From contig NZ_BCZP01000015.1 in assembly GCF_001598795.1 (NCBI RefSeq), forward strand, positions 119,288 to 151,287: 32,000 bases of DNA. Direction: 5' to 3'. The position numbers and the translations under genes were made by a program. The stretch comes from Delftia acidovorans NBRC 14950. Lineage in GTDB: Bacteria > Pseudomonadota > Gammaproteobacteria > Burkholderiales > Burkholderiaceae_C. The notes under the pieces were generated by a model that saw nothing but the letters and a program-made list of their open reading frames with translations, did not search any database and was not told where the DNA came from. Below, piece after piece: positions 21,996-32,000 of this stretch; position 1 is the stretch's first letter; each line of letters starts with the position of its first letter.

Positions 21996-23194
21996 TCCTG
22001 CGCCGTGCGCGCCATGTAGCGCTTGCGCCAGAAGAACACGGTCAGGCCCACGGCAATCGTCGTCATCGAGCCCATGGCCCACCAGAAGCCGTCCTGCTTG
22101 TGCACCAGGGGGATGAATTCGAAATTCATGCCGAAGATGCCGGCAATCAGGTTCAGCGGCAGGAAGACGGCTGTCAGCGCGGTGAGCGTGCGCATGATGT
22201 CGTTGGTGCGGTTGCTCTGCACCGAAAAATGCATCTGCACCACGGTCTCGGTGCTTTGCTCCAGCCGCCGCACGTGGTGGACCACGCGCTCTATGTGTTC
22301 CAGCACGTCGCGGCTGCGCACCTTGAGCAGGTCCAGCTCGCGCAGCGCCGCCGCATCTTCAGGGGGCGCCCAGGTCTCCAGCGCGTCCGTCCAGTCCTGC
22401 ACGGCGGCGCGCTGGTCTTCGCAGACCTCGTCCAGCTCGTGCAGGGCCAGGCGTGCGTCCAGCAGGGCGCTCCAGTTGGCAAAGCGCGTGCGCGGGCGCA
22501 GCAGCTCGGTCTGCCAGTGGTCCAGCTGGCGCGACAGTTCGCGGCGCAGGTCCAGGAAGCCGTCCACGATGAGGTTGACCACGCGCAGCATGAGGTCGGG
22601 CGGGCTGGCAGGCAGCCGCGTGCCGGAGGTGGGGTTCAGCCGTCCCTCGCGCGGGTCATTGGGCACGGCGGCCAGCAGCCGCGCGGCATAGGCGTCGCGC
22701 ACGGTGCAGTCGTCGGGGTGCACGGACAGCAGCACCTGATCGAACATGGCAAAGCCCACGGGGCTGGTGTCGATGTTGCGCAGCACGGGCGGACCTGTGC
22801 GGCGCACGGGAGGTGAGGGGGGCGCCGCCTGCGCCGCAGGCGAAGAGGCCGTGCCGGCCTGCGGGGCAGCACGTGCCTGCCCGCTGGCCAGGCGGCGAAA
22901 CACCAGCAGGTCGTACTGCGAGGTGTAGTCGTAGCGCGAGGGCAGCTGGGCGTTGAGCAGGTCCGAGACATGCAGGTCCACCAGCTGCTGGCCCGACAGC
23001 AGCTGCAGCGTGCGCTGCACCTCGGCCAGCCGCTCCTGCAAGGTGGCGCGGGTGCAGGAGATCCAGACGAATCCCTGCGCGGGCGCCTGGTCGGGCAGGG
23101 CGGCCAGCTCGGTGGCGCCGCCCGGCTGCAGGTGGAAGATGCGCATGTTCCTGGCGGCGGGAGCGGCTCCCGCGGGCGGCATCACCGGCTGCAT
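21992..23194 (-). CDS. corA: CorA family divalent-cation transporter
   Basis: The C-terminal two TM segments carry the GMN motif (LIAGIFGMNFEFIP). A long cytoplasmic N-domain precedes them. The start is ambiguous: ATG 23194, or ATG 23146 (MRIFHL). Confidence 0.85.
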   Translation of the reverse strand: MQPVMPPAGAAPAARNMRIFHLQPGGATELAALPDQAPAQGFVWISCTRATLQERLAEVQRTLQLLSGQQLVDLHVSDLLNAQLPSRYDYTSQYDLLVFRRLASGQARAAPQAGTASSPAAQAAPPSPPVRRTGPPVLRNIDTSPVGFAMFDQVLLSVHPDDCTVRDAYAARLLAAVPNDPREGRLNPTSGTRLPASPPDLMLRVVNLIVDGFLDLRRELSRQLDHWQTELLRPRTRFANWSALLDARLALHELDEVCEDQRAAVQDWTDALETWAPPEDAAALRELDLLKVRSRDVLEHIERVVHHVRRLEQSTETVVQMHFSVQSNRTNDIMRTLTALTAVFLPLNLIAGIFGMNFEFIPLVHKQDGFWWAMGSMTTIAVGLTVFFWRKRYMARTAQD

Positions 23195-23198
23195 GCGC

Positions 23199-25923
<2,725 letters not shown>

Positions 25924-25933
25924 AATCCGCTCC

Positions 25934-26308
25934 ATGAGCGAACACCCACGTCCCGGGGCCGACAGCGGCCAGCAAGGCGCAGGCAACTACTATGCGCGCC
26001 ACATCTTCTTTTGCCTCAACGAGAGGCCCAACGGCGAGGACTGCTGTGCGCTGCACGGCGCCAAGGCGGGCTTTGACCACTGCAAGAAGCAGGTCAAGCA
26101 GCTGGGCCTGGCCGGCAAGGGCCAGGTGCGCGTGAACAAGGCCGGTTGCCTGGACCGCTGCGCGGGCGGTCCCGTGGCCGTGGTCTACCCCGAAGGCACC
26201 TGGTACACCTTCGTGGACGAGTCCGACATCGACGAGATCGTCGAGTCCCACCTCAAGAACGGCCAGCCCGTGGAGCGCCTGCTGCTGCCGCCCGACGTGG
26301 GCCGCTGA
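25934..26308 (+). CDS. Thioredoxin-like [2Fe-2S] ferredoxin
   Basis: ORF 25835..26308 trimmed to ATG 25934. HIFFCLNER...CC....KAGCLDRCAGGPVAVVYPEGTWY is the typical Cys pattern of this family. Confidence 0.85.
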   Translation: MSEHPRPGADSGQQGAGNYYARHIFFCLNERPNGEDCCALHGAKAGFDHCKKQVKQLGLAGKGQVRVNKAGCLDRCAGGPVAVVYPEGTWYTFVDESDIDEIVESHLKNGQPVERLLLPPDVGR

Positions 26309-26388
26309 GCACCGGCTGGAACTTTGGGCCTTTCCGGGCATCAGTGCTTTGTCAGCTTGGATTGGCTGCTACTACTAGGATAGCGATT

Positions 26389-27024
26389 GTGAATGCGCAG
26401 ACCGAACGTTTGACCTTGACCGGCCTTGCCGGGGCCGTGGAGGCCCTGCGCGATGCGCCGGCCGCCGATGCACCGCCGCGCGGCGTGGCCATCATCGCCC
26501 ACCCCCATCCGCTGTTCGGCGGCACCATGGACAACAAGGTGGTGCAGACCCTGGCGCGTGCCTTCGTGCAGTGCGGCTACACGGCCGTGCGATTCAACTT
26601 CCGCGGCGTGGGCGCCAGTGCCGGCGAGCACGACGCAGGCGTCGGCGAGGCCCAGGACATGCTGTCCGTGGTCCGCCAGGTCGCCCCCGAAGGACCGATC
26701 TCGCTGGCCGGCTTCTCATTCGGAGCCTTCGTCACCAGCCATGTGCTGGCGGGGCTCTGGAACGACGGCCGGGTGGAAAAGGCGGTGCTGGTGGGAACGG
26801 CGGCCAGCCGTTTCACCGTGGCGCCTGTCCCGCCCGAAGCCCATGACCGGACCCTGGTGGTGCACGGCGAAGCCGATGACACGGTGCCTCTGTCTGCCGT
26901 CATGGACTGGGCGCGCCCGCAGATACTGCCTGTTACCGTCGTGCCCGGGGGCGGTCATTTCTTTCACGGACAATTGCCGCTGCTCAAAAGCCTCGTGGTC
27001 CGCCATTTGCGCTCACTCCCCTAG
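26389..27024 (+). CDS. Alpha/beta hydrolase (COG2945-like)
   Basis: This is the C-terminal 211 codons of ORF 26146..27024, using GTG 26389 (AGGA 8 nt upstream). Motifs seen: IIAHPHPLFGGTMDNKV, the nucleophile elbow GFSFGA and a late GGGHFFHG. Confidence 0.75.
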   Translation: MNAQTERLTLTGLAGAVEALRDAPAADAPPRGVAIIAHPHPLFGGTMDNKVVQTLARAFVQCGYTAVRFNFRGVGASAGEHDAGVGEAQDMLSVVRQVAPEGPISLAGFSFGAFVTSHVLAGLWNDGRVEKAVLVGTAASRFTVAPVPPEAHDRTLVVHGEADDTVPLSAVMDWARPQILPVTVVPGGGHFFHGQLPLLKSLVVRHLRSLP

Positions 27025-27048
27025 CGGCCCGCGCCGCTGCTCAACAGG

Positions 27049-27074
27049 CCTGCCCCATCGGGCGGGCATGTTTT
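27049..27074 (+). terminator. Weak terminator candidate after the hydrolase gene
   Basis: CCTGCCC-catc-GGGCGGG is a 7-bp stem including one G-U pair, followed by CATGTTTT. Confidence 0.4.
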
Positions 27075-27116
27075 CGCCTTTCCTGCATTCCCTGCCCTTT
27101 AGCGAGAGTTTTCCTC

Positions 27117-28286
27117 ATGAAGCCACTTTCCTCCACGCTGCGAGTCCTGGCACTGGCGGCCGCCATGGCGCCGGCCCTGGCGCTGGCGCAGATCACCCCG
27201 CCCCAGCCGCCCGAAATCGCGGCGCGCAACTATCTGCTGGTCGATGTCACCGCCAACCAGGTGCTGGGCGCCAAGGACATCGATGCGCCCATCGAGCAGG
27301 CCTCGCTGACCAAGCTGATGACCGGCTACCTGGTCTTCGACGCGCTGCGCGCCAAGAAGATCACGCTGGAGCAGCGCCTGCCCGTGAGCGAGCGCGCCTG
27401 GAAGATGCCCGGCTCGCGCATGTTCATCGACCCCAAGATGCAGGTGCCGGTCGATGACCTGGTCAAGGGCATGATCGTGCAGTCCGGCAACGACGCCACC
27501 ATGGCCCTGGCCGAAGGCGTGGGCGGCTCGGCCGAGAACTTCGTGCGGCTCATGAACGAGCAGGCCAAGGCGCTGGGCATGAAGAACACCAGCTACAAGA
27601 ACCCCGAAGGCCTGACCGAGCCCGGCCACCTGACCACGGCGCGCGACCTGTCCATCCTCGCCCAGCGCCTGATGCAGGACTTCCCCGAGTACATGCACTA
27701 CTACTCGACCAAGAAGTACTTCTATCCTGGTACGCCGGCCTCCAACGGCACCAACCGCAACTCGCTGCTGTTCCGCGACCCGACCGTCGATGGCCTCAAG
27801 ACCGGCCACACGGCCGCCGCCGGCTACTGCCTGGTGGCCACCGCCAAGCGCGACCTGCCCAACGTGGGCAGCCGCCGCCTGATCTCCATCGTGCTGGGCG
27901 CGGCCAGCGAGAACGCGCGTGCCAATGAAAGCCAGAAGCTGCTGAACTGGGGCTATGCGGCCTTCGATTCGGTCAAGCTGTTCGATGCCGAGCAGGCCGT
28001 GGCCACGCCCGAAGTCTGGAAGGGCAAGGCGAACACCGTCAAGATCGGCCGCACCACGCCCATCGTGGTCACCGTGCCGGCCGGCAGCGGCGGCAAGCTG
28101 AGCACCGAAGTCGTGCGCCAGGACCCGCTGATCGCCCCGTTCACCAAGGGCCAGGCCATGGGCACGCTCAAGGTGAAGATGGGTGCCGATACCGTGGCCG
28201 AAGTGCCGCTGGTGGCGCTGGAAGGCGTGGAGCAGGCAGGCTTCTTCGGCCGGGCCTGGGATGCGATCCGCCTCTGGATCAAGTAA
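27117..28286 (+). CDS. D-alanyl-D-alanine carboxypeptidase (PBP5/6 family, S11 peptidase)
   Basis: A signal peptide is followed by the active-site motifs SLTK, SGN (VQSGNDA) and KTGHT. A C-terminal beta-sandwich domain follows. Confidence 0.92.
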   Translation: MKPLSSTLRVLALAAAMAPALALAQITPPQPPEIAARNYLLVDVTANQVLGAKDIDAPIEQASLTKLMTGYLVFDALRAKKITLEQRLPVSERAWKMPGSRMFIDPKMQVPVDDLVKGMIVQSGNDATMALAEGVGGSAENFVRLMNEQAKALGMKNTSYKNPEGLTEPGHLTTARDLSILAQRLMQDFPEYMHYYSTKKYFYPGTPASNGTNRNSLLFRDPTVDGLKTGHTAAAGYCLVATAKRDLPNVGSRRLISIVLGAASENARANESQKLLNWGYAAFDSVKLFDAEQAVATPEVWKGKANTVKIGRTTPIVVTVPAGSGGKLSTEVVRQDPLIAPFTKGQAMGTLKVKMGADTVAEVPLVALEGVEQAGFFGRAWDAIRLWIK

Positions 28287-28337
28287 GCCCCGCGCCTGTC
28301 GCGCAGGCCCTCGCGTACTGGCTTGGAGAGGGTGCAG

Positions 28338-28366
28338 TTGTGCGATCTCCCGCAAGCTGGTACAGT
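28338..28366 (+). promoter_or_regulatory. Candidate str-operon promoter
   Basis: TTGTGC (28338-28343), then a 17-nt spacer, then TACAGT (28361-28366), about 78 nt upstream of rpsL. Confidence 0.3.
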
Positions 28367-28443
28367 CGAGGGCTTTTCGGAATTTCCGAAGGGATTCACG
28401 TTTTCGCTTTTCGCAAGCAATTCACGTTTAGGGACGTTTATTA

Positions 28444-28821
28444 ATGCCAACCATTAACCAACTCGTGCGTCAGGGCCGCACGGTCGAAGTTGTCAAATCC
28501 AAGAGCCCTGCTATGGAAAACTGCCCTCAGCGCCGCGGCGTGTGCACCCGTGTGTACACCACGACGCCTAAGAAGCCTAACTCCGCTCTGCGTAAGGTTG
28601 CCAAGGTGCGCCTGACCAACGGCTTCGAGGTCATCTCCTACATCGGTGGTGAAGGCCACAACCTGCAAGAGCACAGCGTTGTTCTGGTGCGCGGCGGCCG
28701 TGTGAAGGACTTGCCCGGTGTGCGTTACCACATCGTGCGTGGCTCCCTTGACCTGCAAGGCGTCAAGGACCGCAAGCAATCCCGTTCCAAGTACGGCGCG
28801 AAGAAGCCCAAGGCCAAGTAA
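28444..28821 (+). CDS. rpsL: 30S ribosomal protein S12
   Basis: [12 protein letters not shown]...[22 protein letters not shown] is an unmistakable S12 sequence. Confidence 0.98.
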   Translation: MPTINQLVRQGRTVEVVKSKSPAMENCPQRRGVCTRVYTTTPKKPNSALRKVAKVRLTNGFEVISYIGGEGHNLQEHSVVLVRGGRVKDLPGVRYHIVRGSLDLQGVKDRKQSRSKYGAKKPKAK

Positions 28822-28981
28822 GCCCTGCGTTTTTTCGAGGAAGGTGCTGTATCCCGCGTGGCGCGAGATTCAGCGTAGTGACCCCAAACGCAAGTGTTTT
28901 GCGCGGGTCGAGTAAGTGGGAGTCCTGTTGACTCTCGCGGTGTCTGAAAAGATGCCAACTGAAGCAAGATAGAGGTAAAAA

Positions 28982-29455
28982 ATGCCACGTCGTCGCGAAG
29001 TCCCCAAACGTGAAATCCTGCCGGATCCCAAGTTCGGCAATGTCGAGCTGTCCAAGTTCATGAACGTGATCATGGAAGGCGGCAAGAAGGCGGTCGCAGA
29101 ACGCATCATCTACGGTGCCCTGGACCTGATTCAAAAGAAGCACCCTGACAAAGACCCGCTGGAAGCCTTCGTTGTTGCCATCAACAACGTCAAGCCCATG
29201 GTCGAAGTGAAGTCCCGCCGTGTTGGCGGTGCCAACTACCAAGTGCCCGTCGAAGTGCGCCCCGTGCGTCGCCTGGCCCTGTCCATGCGTTGGCTGAAGG
29301 AAGCCGCCCGCAAGCGCGGCGAGAAGTCCATGGCCCAGCGCCTGGCCAACGAACTGCTCGAGGCCACCGAAGGCCGTGGCGGCGCCATGAAGCGCCGTGA
29401 CGAAGTTCACCGCATGGCCGAAGCCAACAAGGCATTCAGCCACTTCCGCTTCTAA
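28982..29455 (+). CDS. rpsG: 30S ribosomal protein S7
   Basis: [19 protein letters not shown]...[21 protein letters not shown] is canonical S7. Confidence 0.98.
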   Translation: MPRRREVPKREILPDPKFGNVELSKFMNVIMEGGKKAVAERIIYGALDLIQKKHPDKDPLEAFVVAINNVKPMVEVKSRRVGGANYQVPVEVRPVRRLALSMRWLKEAARKRGEKSMAQRLANELLEATEGRGGAMKRRDEVHRMAEANKAFSHFRF

Positions 29456-29603
29456 GAGCGCTTCGCTCCCGATCAGACAGGCCGCATGCATTTTTGCCTG
29501 CGGCCTTGTCTCGATTAGGAGCATCCCCAGATAAGACTGCTGTCCGTCTGCACCATGAGGCTGGAACGGGCAGAGACTCCCTCCATACGATCAAGGATCC
29601 ATC

Positions 29604-31712
<2,109 letters not shown>

Positions 31713-31742
31713 GCTTTTTTGTATAATTGAAGGCTTTTGAAT

Positions 31743-31785
31743 CGCAGCACCCAGGCATTTTGGCGCCGGGGTGCTGCGGTTTTTG
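31743..31785 (+). terminator. Rho-independent terminator/attenuator between fusA and tuf
   Basis: CGCAGCACCC (31743-31752) pairs with GGGTGCTGCG (31769-31778). The stem is 10 bp and the loop 16 nt, followed by GTTTTT. Confidence 0.7.
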
Positions 31786-31886
31786 CCGGTCTGCGATCCC
31801 ATGCCGCCCTGTCACCTGTGCGGGGCGACCAAGCAATGGGGTGCAGACCTTAAACATCACACAGGTTTTGCTCTTTCGGAGAAATC

Positions 31887-32000
31887 ATGGCAAAAGAAAA
31901 ATTCCAGCGGAACAAGCCGCACGTCAACGTTGGCACCATCGGTCACGTGGACCACGGCAAGACGACCCTGACGGCTGCTATCGCTACCGTTCTGTCCAAG
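31887..32000 (+). CDS. tuf: Elongation factor Tu, N-terminal 38 codons (runs off the right edge)
   Basis: [38 protein letters not shown]. It is absent from the ORF track because there is no stop inside the window. Confidence 0.95.
   Translation, partial: MAKEKFQRNKPHVNVGTIGHVDHGKTTLTAAIATVLSK

Noticed and set aside
19716-22082. 788-aa minus-strand ORF
   Set aside because: It is antisense to the response-regulator and histidine-kinase genes, both of which have complete catalytic motifs. Its translation is Arg/Gln/Pro/His-rich low complexity.

Overview
High-GC window, about two-thirds G+C by eye. Protein signatures look like a betaproteobacterium of the Comamonadaceae type. That call rests on my recognition of the EF-G/EF-Tu N-termini, an IPTL-CTERM-like tail and the intergenic repeats, not on any search.

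The window is mostly core chromosome. I support about 36 coding regions:
- Left end: a polar amino-acid ABC operon, which runs off the edge.
- TauE/SafE exporter.
- A divergent quinone-oxidoreductase/LysR pair and a GMC oxidoreductase.
- A four-gene Mla/MCE-type lipid ABC operon.
- A stress-like cluster: CsbD, a secreted Cys-pair repeat protein and a hemerythrin.
- MarC and a dienelactone hydrolase.
- A HepT/MntA (HEPN/nucleotidyltransferase) toxin-antitoxin pair.
- A minus-strand operon: a roughly 870-aa secreted beta-helix/Pmp-repeat protein with an IPTL-CTERM-like tail, translationally coupled to a Tat-exported molybdopterin-oxidoreductase-fold protein.
- A divergent LuxR-type response regulator and 7TMR-DISM histidine kinase.
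- CorA, hemB, hemJ, VanZ, a thioredoxin-like 2Fe-2S ferredoxin, an alpha/beta hydrolase and a PBP5/6-type carboxypeptidase.
- Right end: the str operon rpsL-rpsG-fusA-tuf, with tuf running off the edge.

I see no rRNA, tRNA, CRISPR array, transposase or integrase.

Many long ORFs in the track are antisense or out-of-frame shadows typical of high-GC DNA, and I rejected them.

I do not see a clear new multi-gene defence system. The best leads are:
1. A structured 362-bp spacer (15455-15816) with two 50-nt direct repeats and a 10-nt anti-Shine-Dalgarno match to the RBS of an orphan small gene.
2. The kinase/regulator plus giant surface protein plus cysteine-less Moco-fold protein module.
3. A leader-plus-terminator arrangement upstream of the TauE gene.
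4. A structured intergenic repeat family with two copies, one of them splitting the Mla-type operon.
5. An 0.8-kb gene-poor region holding only a well-punctuated 57-codon ORF.

All family assignments come from motif recognition by eye. No database search was possible.
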